From NCBI GenBank assembly GCA_018826075.1, contig JAHKAJ010000024.1, positions 4,343-68,342 of the forward strand: 64,000 bases of DNA, written 5' to 3'. This DNA is from Candidatus Omnitrophota bacterium. GTDB taxonomy: Bacteria > Omnitrophota > Gorgyraeia > Duberdicusellales > 4484-171. Positions within the stretch are counted from its first letter, which is position 1, and each line of letters begins with the position of its first letter. Both the position numbers and the translations under genes were made by a program. The notes under the pieces are model-generated. The model was not told the origin of the DNA. It worked only from the letters and a program-made list of their open reading frames with translations, and searched no databases. Below are positions 8,306 through 17,209 of this stretch, piece by piece.

Positions 8306-9684
8306 AAAAAAAGCTGGCTAAAGCTTTCAGCCTTATTGAAGTTGCCGTGAGCATAACGGTTTTGGGCCTGGTCATTGTCGCAATTGTGCCGGCCATAAAC
8401 AGTGCTTTGCGCCGGGCCCGAATCTCAAACTACAAAGCCGTAGCTCACCGCCTAGCTCAGGAAAGGATTGAGCAGCTGACCGGGACTAATTTCAACAGTG
8501 ATTTTTATGACGGGTTATTCAATCTTACTACCGGCAATCCTTGGAACGATACCGTCTTTCATTTGTTAGGAAACAATACCTTTCCCGGAAACGAGGCTTA
8601 CGGAAACCTTTCGCTTAATACCAGCGACCCTGATGATCCTTTTAGTCATTACAGCCGGTTGACCGAAGGTTCCTGGGATCTTGACCAGGATAGGACTTTA
8701 GATAACGAGAAGTTGGCTGGACGGCCTTTAACGGGGATGTATGGTAATTTAAGCCTGGTCCGGGTAAGCGTATCTTGGGATTTTAATGAAGATGGAGTCG
8801 ATGATTATGAACCGGTGGTAGTAACAACTTTTAAGGCCGGCAGCCTTGAATCTACATGTTCAGCCATGAACCTGGTCAATACTCCTTTTTTAGATAATTC
8901 CACTGACCTTTGCTCTGAACCGGATAAAACTCTGCCAGCCAGTTTTGACGGTACTCTTAACAGCCGGATAACGCCTTACACTGCTGGTACTTTGACTATT
9001 AATGCCAATGTAGGCTGGGCTAATTGTCCTTCTTATTTTATCCTAGCTAATTCGGTAGTTTTAGATGGTTCACCCACGGTTTATGCTGAAGGTAAGACCA
9101 ACTCTACTCTTGATGGCGGTTCGGGTGGTTCTGGCGGCGGCGGTGGTGGTGGCTTTTGTGGGTTTGGTTTTCGTCTTGGAGGCAATGGCGGTAGTGGTGG
9201 TAACGGAATAGGTGCTTGCGGGGCAGGCGGAACTGGCTGTGGCAATAGTTATAATTCAGGTTTTACTTATGGTACGGGTGGTAGTGGTGGCAATGCCGTA
9301 CTGCCTGGCGGAGTCGGTGGCGCTGGCGGTAATGGTTTCGGTGGTGGTGGCGGCGGCGGGACTGTAGCTCCCGGGTTACCTTATGGCCAGGGTGGTGGTG
9401 GAGGTGGAGGCTTAATAGTGATCGTGACTTCTTCCCTTAGTGGCGGCGGCACTTTGAATGCCGCTGGTGGTAATGCTACAGGTTTGTCCTTTCCCGGAGG
9501 GGGCGGAGGAGGAGTGATTTGGATTGCTGCTGAGTCTTACGACGGTAGTATTAGTGCCGACGTTAACCGAGGCACCAACGACTTTCCAGTTCCTATTTTT
9601 AACGCCACATCCGGTATAGCCAGGATTTTTCAACTGAATACTGATGGTTCTCTTACCGCTAGGAATTTCACTGATACCTGGTAA
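8302..9684 (+). CDS. Large minor pilin-like protein with glycine-rich low-complexity central region
   Basis: MKKKLAKA|FSLIEVAVSITVLGLVIVAIVP prepilin-type N-terminus. About 140 aa (roughly 9115-9540) are dominated by GGSGG/GGNGG/GGGGGG tracts. It has ~11 N-x-S/T sequons. Confidence 0.6.
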   Translation: MKKKLAKAFSLIEVAVSITVLGLVIVAIVPAINSALRRARISNYKAVAHRLAQERIEQLTGTNFNSDFYDGLFNLTTGNPWNDTVFHLLGNNTFPGNEAYGNLSLNTSDPDDPFSHYSRLTEGSWDLDQDRTLDNEKLAGRPLTGMYGNLSLVRVSVSWDFNEDGVDDYEPVVVTTFKAGSLESTCSAMNLVNTPFLDNSTDLCSEPDKTLPASFDGTLNSRITPYTAGTLTINANVGWANCPSYFILANSVVLDGSPTVYAEGKTNSTLDGGSGGSGGGGGGGFCGFGFRLGGNGGSGGNGIGACGAGGTGCGNSYNSGFTYGTGGSGGNAVLPGGVGGAGGNGFGGGGGGGTVAPGLPYGQGGGGGGGLIVIVTSSLSGGGTLNAAGGNATGLSFPGGGGGGVIWIAAESYDGSISADVNRGTNDFPVPIFNATSGIARIFQLNTDGSLTARNFTDTW

Positions 9685-9703
9685 AATAAGTTTTGTTTAG
9701 AAT

Positions 9704-11248
9704 ATGAAGTTTAAAAAGTATAAGCTTTCAGTAACTTTGGTCGAGGCAGTGGTAGTTGTGGCTATCTTTGCGGTGATTGCCGCGGCTACTGGTTCGATCC
9801 TGTTTACAGCCAGCCGTTCTGGTTCGCGCCTGGCTGACAAGGCTAAGGTTTTTCAGGATGCTACCTGGGCTATGGATTATATGGTTAACGAAGCCCGCTG
9901 GGGAGCTGATTTTTACCTTGCTCCGGTTCCTTTTGAAAATTATGACCTGATTACCTTTCAAAGCGATACCAACCATAATAGGACTGATCCCAATGATCCT
10001 TGCGTTTGGTATTGGCGGGGTTTTACTACCACCGCTATTCCGGCGGTAAATTACGGCAATAGCAGCATCTTGTACCGTGGTTTGGATGCCGCTTGTAACA
10101 CTGATAATACTACTTCTTTACAGGCAGCTAATGCCAGCCGCCAGGAACTGGTTGGTTTTATAGTCGATAACCCGGTTAATGCTACGGGTAACCCGGTAAG
10201 GGTATTTGGTTGGAACAATACCACTAGTGAATTTAGCGTTGTCTTGACTACCCAGAATCCTTCAATCCATGATAACCAGACCTTGAAAGCTAAGGTAGTG
10301 GCTTTAAATAATGTAGAGAGAGCTATCTGTCAGTGTTCTGATGGCCAAGATAATGATGGAGATGGGGGGATTGATTATCTTACTGAAGCCAGTGAAACCT
10401 GCGGCCTTTTCTTTGAGTATGATGACGTCAGGTACGGCGGGACTGGTTTTCCCAATTTTAGATTTGACCAGACTCTTGATTCGATCTTGCCGGGAAACAA
10501 GTTTCAGGATTTTAATTTTCGCAATGAACGGTTTAAGCTTTGGGTAGATTTCAGGATGTTCTCAACTCTTGGCGCCAGCACCGGTTATGGCTATGGTTCC
10601 TCCGGCTATGCCGGCCCGAATTTCAGCAGCGATGCCGACAGTTTTATACATATGGATTTGCTTGTCCGGGCTCCTTATGATATTCAAGGTATCCCTGAGA
10701 GCACTTTTTATGCCAACACCATCAACTCTCAGACTATGCTGGGTATTGGCAGCTGGCTGGATTTATCCACTCAGCCTGCAGGCAACGTCTGGATTTTTAA
10801 GGATGAAAGAAGGGATAAATATCGTGTAAGCCAGGTTCATTCCAGCCGAGCGGAAAGGGCTGCAGCTGTGGTCAGTGCGCCGAATTTTAGCTATAGTGTA
10901 CCGCCCTGGTGTGAAACCAGCCCCGGCGGCCCCTGCGTAGCGAATTATTATTATAATACTTATGGTAATGGCGGTTATATTTATGTTGATAATAGCGGTG
11001 AGCTGCATATTGGTTACGTGATTAGCCGTACGAAGTACAATTATCTTTGTTCTGCCCACCCGACTTTTCTTGTCGGTATAACCAAAGACAGCTGTACTGA
11101 TCCGGCTTGCGCCGATGGAGTTGATAATGACGGTAATGGTTTTATTGATTATCCTGAGGATCCTGGCTGCGCCTCGGCTAAGGATATTTCAGAAGTTGCC
11201 CATGACCTGCAGTGTGTAGATGCCAATGACATGTACGAATATAAGTAG
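9704..11248 (+). CDS. Large minor pilin-like protein with two MopE-like putative metal-binding motifs
   Basis: N-terminus MKFKKYKLSVTLVEAVVVVAIFAVIAAA is a degenerate prepilin-like signal with Glu and a hydrophobic helix. It has CSDGQDNDGDGGIDY (about 10324-10378) and CADGVDNDGNGFIDYPEDPGC (about 11088-11170). Confidence 0.55.
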   Translation: MKFKKYKLSVTLVEAVVVVAIFAVIAAATGSILFTASRSGSRLADKAKVFQDATWAMDYMVNEARWGADFYLAPVPFENYDLITFQSDTNHNRTDPNDPCVWYWRGFTTTAIPAVNYGNSSILYRGLDAACNTDNTTSLQAANASRQELVGFIVDNPVNATGNPVRVFGWNNTTSEFSVVLTTQNPSIHDNQTLKAKVVALNNVERAICQCSDGQDNDGDGGIDYLTEASETCGLFFEYDDVRYGGTGFPNFRFDQTLDSILPGNKFQDFNFRNERFKLWVDFRMFSTLGASTGYGYGSSGYAGPNFSSDADSFIHMDLLVRAPYDIQGIPESTFYANTINSQTMLGIGSWLDLSTQPAGNVWIFKDERRDKYRVSQVHSSRAERAAAVVSAPNFSYSVPPWCETSPGGPCVANYYYNTYGNGGYIYVDNSGELHIGYVISRTKYNYLCSAHPTFLVGITKDSCTDPACADGVDNDGNGFIDYPEDPGCASAKDISEVAHDLQCVDANDMYEYK

Positions 11249-11251
11249 ACA

Positions 11252-13501
11252 ATGAGTCAAAATAAGCTTCAAAAAACTCAAACTTTGCTTTACGTCAGTT
11301 TTGCCCTGCTGGCAGTCAGTGTGGTGGCGGCTGTGGTTATGACCAGTGTCATCACTAACCTAAAAACCGCCTCTTATCAGCAGAAAGGAATGGATGCTTA
11401 TCAGCTGGCCATGGCCGGGGTTGAACGGGCTAAGGTCGAGCTGGCTAATAGTTGGGGTTGGCCAGGCATGGATGATGGCGGGGATGATGATCCTCATTTG
11501 GGAGAAGCCGGCTCGGATGAAACTGAAAGCCTGGGTGATGGCCAATACTGGGTGGCGATAGCAGATAATGTTGATGGTACGGTGACTGCGATTTCTCACG
11601 GTTGGGTGGGTGATGCTCATCAGGTGATCGAGGTGATAATAGAACAAGTAGCCGGCACAGTCCCTGTTCCTGAAGGGGTATTTGTGGCTGAACGGGATAG
11701 AAACCGGGTCAGTCAACTGGATGAGAACGGTGATCCTGTCTGGTCGCTGGAAGGAGCGCCTATGGGTGCCGGTCAAATTGCTTTTAACCCTAACACTAAT
11801 GAATCCTGGGTGTTTGCCGGGAGTCAGATCGTCAAATTAGGGGCTAATGGCATAGCCGAGTGGTCTTATCAGTTAGCTGTTGGTTCTGGACGCCTTGATG
11901 TTACGGTTAACCCTTATACTAGTGAAGTCTGGGTGGCTAATTTTGACGGCGACCAGGTAGTTAAATTAAATGCTGACGGAAGTTTGGGCTGGGTAGTTAA
12001 TTTTGGCAGTAACAGCCGGCCGACTTCAGTGGCTATAGTTCCTGAAACTACACCAAATACTACTCAATCCTGGGTGAGCTGCAGCAATAGCAACAGAAGG
12101 CTTTATAAGTTAAACGCTAATGGCAGTGTTGCTTGGTCTCTTTACAGGACTGATTTCCGGCTTTATTCGGTGGCAGTTGACCCTAATACTAAGGATTCTT
12201 GGGTAGCGCAGTATTATAACAACCGTATTGGTAGAGTAGATAATAATGGAGCAATGAAGTCTGGCTGGCCTAAAGGCGGCTTTAACCGTCCTTTTGCTGT
12301 TTCAATTAATCCTACTACGCGGGAATGCTGGGTAGGCGAAGTACGTGGTCACCGAATCATAAAATTAAATGATAACGGTACTTGGGCTTGGAATCTGAAT
12401 ACCGGTAGAGATATAGGCAAAATTTCGGTTGACCCTAATACTAATGAATGTTGGGCCGTTGGTGCTAACTGGGTTGCTAAAATAATAGACAATGGTACGT
12501 TTGGATCATTTGCTTTCCAAAATACCTCATTATCGATTCCTAGTTTGGATGTAGCCTCGATTGAAGTTGACCCGGCTACTGGAGAATGCTGGGTGAATGA
12601 ATCTGGCCGCAGCCGGGTTGTGCGTTTGGATACCAATGGCAATAAAGTTTGGCAAAGCCCGGCTTTCAATGCTTATGCGCTTGCCGGACTCGATTCCGGA
12701 GAAGTTTGGGTAGCTAATTACAACTCTTCAGCTGCATACACCGGTGTGGTTAAAGCCAATTCTGTTCCTTCAGTTGACTGGATGAGTGATGATATCTGGG
12801 CTGAGTCGCGTTCGATAGCAGTAAATTTTGCCGGTGAATCCTGGGTGGCTGATTATAACCGTGATAGAGTTAGGAAATTGAGGGCTGATGGTACAATTGA
12901 GTGGACCAAGAATCTTAACAACCCAATTTCAGTTGCAGTTAACCCTAACACCAATGAGTGTTGGGTGGCTTATAATGGTAACAGAGTTAGAAAATTAAAT
13001 GCCGATAGTACAAATGCCTGGACCAGGAGCGGCCTTAACGACCCAAGATCAGTTTCAGTTAACCCTAACACCAATGAGTGCTGGGTGGCTGAATATGGCG
13101 GTGGTAGAGTTAGAAAATTAAGGGCTGATGGTACAATTGAGTGGGGCAGGAATCTTAGCAACCCGATCTCGGTCTCAGTTAACCCCACTACTAGCGAATC
13201 CTGGGTGGCTGAATATGGTGCTAATCGGGTTAGAAAACTAAATGCCGACTCTACAGTTGCCTGGACCAGGGGCAGCCTTAGCGGACCGGTTTCAGTATCA
13301 GTCAATCCGGTTACCAGCCAATGCTGGGTGTCTACTGTTACGGGTACTGCTCGAGTAATCAAGTTGGATACCGACGGTACCGTAGTAGTTGACAAGTCCG
13401 GGTATAGTTATCCATCAGCAGTATCAGTCCCGCTGGTTGACACCAGTGCAACAGTTAACAATTCGATTAATGTTCAGTCCGGCAGCTGGCGGAAACCTTG
13501 A
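11252..13501 (+). CDS. PilX-N-terminal-domain minor pilin fused to ~14 tandem beta-propeller-type repeats (PilY1-like tip adhesin candidate)
   Basis: The N-terminus has a TM helix plus LAMAGVERAKVEL, which is PilX_N-like. About 40-aa repeats then run from 11690 to 13430, with consensus V-R/K-K-L-N-A-D-G-x-x-x-W … V-S-V-N-P-N-T-N-E-C-W-V-A. Confidence 0.55.
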   Translation: MSQNKLQKTQTLLYVSFALLAVSVVAAVVMTSVITNLKTASYQQKGMDAYQLAMAGVERAKVELANSWGWPGMDDGGDDDPHLGEAGSDETESLGDGQYWVAIADNVDGTVTAISHGWVGDAHQVIEVIIEQVAGTVPVPEGVFVAERDRNRVSQLDENGDPVWSLEGAPMGAGQIAFNPNTNESWVFAGSQIVKLGANGIAEWSYQLAVGSGRLDVTVNPYTSEVWVANFDGDQVVKLNADGSLGWVVNFGSNSRPTSVAIVPETTPNTTQSWVSCSNSNRRLYKLNANGSVAWSLYRTDFRLYSVAVDPNTKDSWVAQYYNNRIGRVDNNGAMKSGWPKGGFNRPFAVSINPTTRECWVGEVRGHRIIKLNDNGTWAWNLNTGRDIGKISVDPNTNECWAVGANWVAKIIDNGTFGSFAFQNTSLSIPSLDVASIEVDPATGECWVNESGRSRVVRLDTNGNKVWQSPAFNAYALAGLDSGEVWVANYNSSAAYTGVVKANSVPSVDWMSDDIWAESRSIAVNFAGESWVADYNRDRVRKLRADGTIEWTKNLNNPISVAVNPNTNECWVAYNGNRVRKLNADSTNAWTRSGLNDPRSVSVNPNTNECWVAEYGGGRVRKLRADGTIEWGRNLSNPISVSVNPTTSESWVAEYGANRVRKLNADSTVAWTRGSLSGPVSVSVNPVTSQCWVSTVTGTARVIKLDTDGTVVVDKSGYSYPSAVSVPLVDTSATVNNSINVQSGSWRKP

Positions 13502-13585
13502 ATCGAATAAATTTATTAATCAATAATTTACTTTTGTCCAGGCGCATAATATAATAAACTTAGCGAAAGTTAATTTAAAAAATCT

Positions 13586-14785
13586 ATGCCAGCTTATAAA
13601 TACACAGTAAGGGACAGGTTCGGAAGAAAAGTCAAAGGCTTTTCTATTGCTGCTGACCGCAGAGTTTTAGCTGAAGAGCTGGCTAAAATGGGCTATATTT
13701 TTATCTCCGCTGATGAAGTCGGCCGGCTAAAGCAGGGAAAAACCATAAAGATCAAGAAAGGCGAGGTTCTTAATCTTACCCGTAACCTATCAGCGCTTTT
13801 AAACGGCGGTATTCCTTTACTTGAGTCTTTGACTGCTTTGATCGGTGATACGTCCGAGTTAAATTTATTAAGTATCCTTATAAGTATTAAGAGTTATGTT
13901 GAGGCCGGCGGTTCATTCCGGGATGCTTTAGTTCTTCATCCCAAAGTATTTTCGGAATTATACCGGGCAGTAGTGGCTGGCGGAGAGGCAACTGGAAGGT
14001 TAGGGGCAGCGCTTGAGCAGATGTCTGATTATCTTGAGTGGGAGCAGGACCTTCAATCAAGGGTGCAAGGATTGGCAATATACCCGATCATTCTTTCAGT
14101 GATCATGCTTTTGGCTTTAGGTGTTATTGTTATCGTAGTTTTGCCGAAGTTTGAAGCTTTGTTTTCTGATTTTGGAGCTGAATTACCACTGATCACCCAG
14201 TTGGCCATGTCCATGAGTAAAATAGTCGCCAAGACCTGGGTTTATATTCTTGGGGCTATCATTTCTGCGGTAATTGTGTTAAAATTGATAATAAAGCGGA
14301 ATTACCGCTTGGCTCTTTTTTTCGATAAGTATAAACTTAAGCTTCCGATTTTCGGCGATGTAATCTATAAGTTATGCGTTTCACATTTCGCCAGGTCAAC
14401 GTACCTTTGTTTGTTTAACGGGATACCGATCGTCACCACCTTGGATATGGTACGCCAGACTGTGGGGAACAAATATTTAGAGGCGGCTTTGGACATGGTT
14501 AAGAAAAGTGTTTTTACCGGAGGCGAACTTTCAATGGCTCTTTCCGGGACCAATGCTTTCCCCAGCTTTATGGTCCGGATGGTCCACGTCGGAGAGAGCG
14601 CCGGTAATTTAGCCGACGGTTTTAGTAAAACCTGTAAGTTTTACGATAAGGAGATCCCCCGATTGATCGGCGCGGTATTCTCTATTTTAGAGCCGCTAAT
14701 AATTGTTTTTTTAGGCGTAGCAGTCATGGGTTTGGCCTTTGTGGTCTTTTTGCCTTTGACCCAGCTGTTACAGAAAGTAGGTTAA
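13586..14785 (+). CDS. pilC: Type IV pilus / T2SS inner-membrane platform protein (PilC/GspF family)
   Basis: 399 aa with two T2SSF-like repeats and 3 TM segments. The N-terminal cytoplasmic domain resembles PilC. Confidence 0.8.
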   Translation: MPAYKYTVRDRFGRKVKGFSIAADRRVLAEELAKMGYIFISADEVGRLKQGKTIKIKKGEVLNLTRNLSALLNGGIPLLESLTALIGDTSELNLLSILISIKSYVEAGGSFRDALVLHPKVFSELYRAVVAGGEATGRLGAALEQMSDYLEWEQDLQSRVQGLAIYPIILSVIMLLALGVIVIVVLPKFEALFSDFGAELPLITQLAMSMSKIVAKTWVYILGAIISAVIVLKLIIKRNYRLALFFDKYKLKLPIFGDVIYKLCVSHFARSTYLCLFNGIPIVTTLDMVRQTVGNKYLEAALDMVKKSVFTGGELSMALSGTNAFPSFMVRMVHVGESAGNLADGFSKTCKFYDKEIPRLIGAVFSILEPLIIVFLGVAVMGLAFVVFLPLTQLLQKVG

Positions 14786-14786
14786 T

Positions 14787-16448
14787 ATGAAAAATATTGT
14801 TGCTATTGATATCGGCGCCTGCCTTACCAAAATAATTGTTGCTGAAGACAAGCGCAAACTGCTGGAGATAGCCTCGTTTAAATATTTCCCGACCCCTTAC
14901 CGTAAAGACGACGTTTTTGATGAAGAGGTTTTTTTCGAACGCTTATTTGCGGTTATCAGCCAGGAAGTGCTAAAGTCATCACAGGTGGCTATCGGGCTTC
15001 CTTCGCCGACGACTAACTTTTCTTTTTTTGAATTACCGTCGATGGGGGCTGCTGATTTAAAAAAAGCCATTATCAGTGAAGCTCAGCGGACGATCCGTCC
15101 CACACCGGCAGATAGTGATATCCTGCGCTATGCTGTTTTGAAGAGTCCCCAGGCTAAGGAAGTCAAACATGCCAATATTTTAGTTGGTTCGGGGGTATCG
15201 GCTGAGATTACCCGCTATTACACTTTATTCGAGCGCCAGGGGATCACCCCCAGTTTTATCGGTTCTTCGGCCTCAAGCCCGATGGTTTATCCTTTAGGCT
15301 ATTACCCGGATTTACCGTCCGGTTGGTGTTTTGTCGACATTGGTTATACTAACACTACGATTGTTATTTTTTTCAACAACATCCCGACTTTAGTCCGGAC
15401 CATACTTTTTGCCACTCGCGATTTTATCCGGGCCATCTCCACCGATAAAAAAATCGGGCTTAAAGAAGCTCAGGATGTTTTTTTAAAACGCGAAGCCCAG
15501 GAATTAGCCGATACTAACTGGGAATACCTGATTTCGGAGATCCGGCGTTCTTTTGCTTACTACAAGGAAGTTTCCGGCGGTAAAGCCATTGAAGGGGTGC
15601 ACTTTACCGGAGGCATCTTTGCCGTAGGGCCCTATATCGATATTTTAAAGAAAAACATTGGCGGAAAAGTCGAGCTATTCGATGCCCGTATAGTTAAAAA
15701 AATATCCTTGGATAAAGTCGCGGCTGAAGAAATTACCAGCGCCGGTTACTTTTTCGCTAATTCTTTAGGTTTAGCCTTATCTTTATGCGAAAAGAAGCAA
15801 ACCTTGAATTTTTTACCGGAAACGGCTTTGAAAGAGAAACAAACCGAAATCGTTAAGTCTCTTTCTCGGCAAGTGCTCACGGTTTTGACTCTTGGCTTAG
15901 CAGTAATTTTCTGCCTGTCGTTGTTTTGGATTTCAGCAGTCAGGGGAAAATTAAAAAATGAGCTTTTGACTTTTTCCGAACAGGAATACCAAGATGCGGT
16001 TGCTACTGAAAATGAGATCACTCAAATAGAAAATCAAGTTACCGCCGAAGCTGATTTTATTGCCGAACAAGTCAGGCTCGGCGAGCAGCGCCGTAAGGTT
16101 TTTTCGGTTATCGCCAAATGCCTGCCTAGCAATGCTTATGTGGTTACTTTTGAATTCGGTTCGGGTTCTCCAGCGGCTGCCCCAAGTTCTTCTGGCGGCC
16201 GGCGCGGCCAGCCAGCCAGTCCAGCCAGCGAAGGAGAAACTGTTAAATGTGAGGGCCGGATTCAAGGAACCTACGAAGATACCGTTGAACAGCTTAAAGT
16301 CCTTGCCCGCAAGCTGCGTAAATCCGATATGTTTTCGGAAGTCACAGTTTCCCGTCAGACCCTTGGCAGTGAGCCGTTTTTGCCTTATCTTTCTGATTTT
16401 ACCGAAAATGTAAGAAGACAATTTACTTTGGAGTTAAAATTAAAATGA
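14787..16448 (+). CDS. pilM: Fused PilM (actin-like ATPase fold) - PilN-like (TM + periplasmic) protein
   Basis: N-terminus MKNIVAIDIGACLTKIIV is a PilM/FtsA-like fold running for ~340 aa. A single TM helix (VLTVLTLGLAVIFCLSLFWISAV) follows, then a ~180-aa periplasmic region. Confidence 0.6.
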   Translation: MKNIVAIDIGACLTKIIVAEDKRKLLEIASFKYFPTPYRKDDVFDEEVFFERLFAVISQEVLKSSQVAIGLPSPTTNFSFFELPSMGAADLKKAIISEAQRTIRPTPADSDILRYAVLKSPQAKEVKHANILVGSGVSAEITRYYTLFERQGITPSFIGSSASSPMVYPLGYYPDLPSGWCFVDIGYTNTTIVIFFNNIPTLVRTILFATRDFIRAISTDKKIGLKEAQDVFLKREAQELADTNWEYLISEIRRSFAYYKEVSGGKAIEGVHFTGGIFAVGPYIDILKKNIGGKVELFDARIVKKISLDKVAAEEITSAGYFFANSLGLALSLCEKKQTLNFLPETALKEKQTEIVKSLSRQVLTVLTLGLAVIFCLSLFWISAVRGKLKNELLTFSEQEYQDAVATENEITQIENQVTAEADFIAEQVRLGEQRRKVFSVIAKCLPSNAYVVTFEFGSGSPAAAPSSSGGRRGQPASPASEGETVKCEGRIQGTYEDTVEQLKVLARKLRKSDMFSEVTVSRQTLGSEPFLPYLSDFTENVRRQFTLELKLK

Positions 16449-17170
16449 GCGAAAAAATCAAAGTGAAAATCCCCAAAATAAGCCCCGAACTGTTAAAAAA
16501 TAATCTGTTGATCGTGGTTTTCGCCGCCGCCGTATTATTTTTAGTTTTGAATGTTTTAGTTTGGCTTTCAGGGCAGGCGGTGGTGAAGCAGACCGTTGAG
16601 ATCAAGCAAAAGAAGGAAAAGATAGTACAGGTCGCTAAAAAATTAAAAAAGACCATTGAAAATAAGCCTCACCTTAAGGCTGAGGAGTTTGCCCGAAAAA
16701 TTCCTTTTCAGGCAATACCGCCGATAGCGGCTATTCAACAGGCTGGCTTGATCATCAGCTCAATCGGAGCCCAAGGTGAGATTGTTGCCAGCGAAGGTTC
16801 AGCCGGGGCTGCATCAGGGGGGTCTGGTTCGGGAAGCCAGGGCACTTCCAGCCAGGACATCGGAGAACTTATTCTAGTTGGTTCCAAAAGCCTCAGCCAA
16901 CAGCAATTTTCTTTTCAATTTGACTCTGACTATGAAGATCTTATGAAAATTTTGGAAAAAATCCCTTCTGCTGATCCTTTGATGTTGGTTAGTGGTTTTG
17001 TCATCGAGCGGATAGATAAAGATGATGTAGGAGAACCGATACCCGGCACCCCATTCGTTACCATACCTCTGGTATCCGGCGACGTGCGTAAGCTGGACAT
17101 TGAACTTAAACTGATTACTTTTACTGAAGTCTCGCCCGATGAACCTATCTGGTCATCAGGAAAAAAATAA
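16445..17170 (+). CDS. PilO/PilP-like bitopic membrane protein (hypothetical)
   Basis: N-terminal TM followed by a coiled segment, a Gly/Ser linker and a beta-rich C-terminal domain. It sits directly after PilM-N. No diagnostic motif was seen. Confidence 0.35.
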   Translation: MSEKIKVKIPKISPELLKNNLLIVVFAAAVLFLVLNVLVWLSGQAVVKQTVEIKQKKEKIVQVAKKLKKTIENKPHLKAEEFARKIPFQAIPPIAAIQQAGLIISSIGAQGEIVASEGSAGAASGGSGSGSQGTSSQDIGELILVGSKSLSQQQFSFQFDSDYEDLMKILEKIPSADPLMLVSGFVIERIDKDDVGEPIPGTPFVTIPLVSGDVRKLDIELKLITFTEVSPDEPIWSSGKK

Positions 17171-17209
17171 TTCCCAATTTTCCAACCTTAAGGTATAATC
17201 CTTCTAATC

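Noticed and set aside
9100-9540. Possible CRISPR-like or microsatellite array suggested by GGTGGTGGC periodicity
   Set aside because: The periodicity is the codon-level reflection of poly-Gly coding in the pilin-like protein. There is no spacer-repeat structure.
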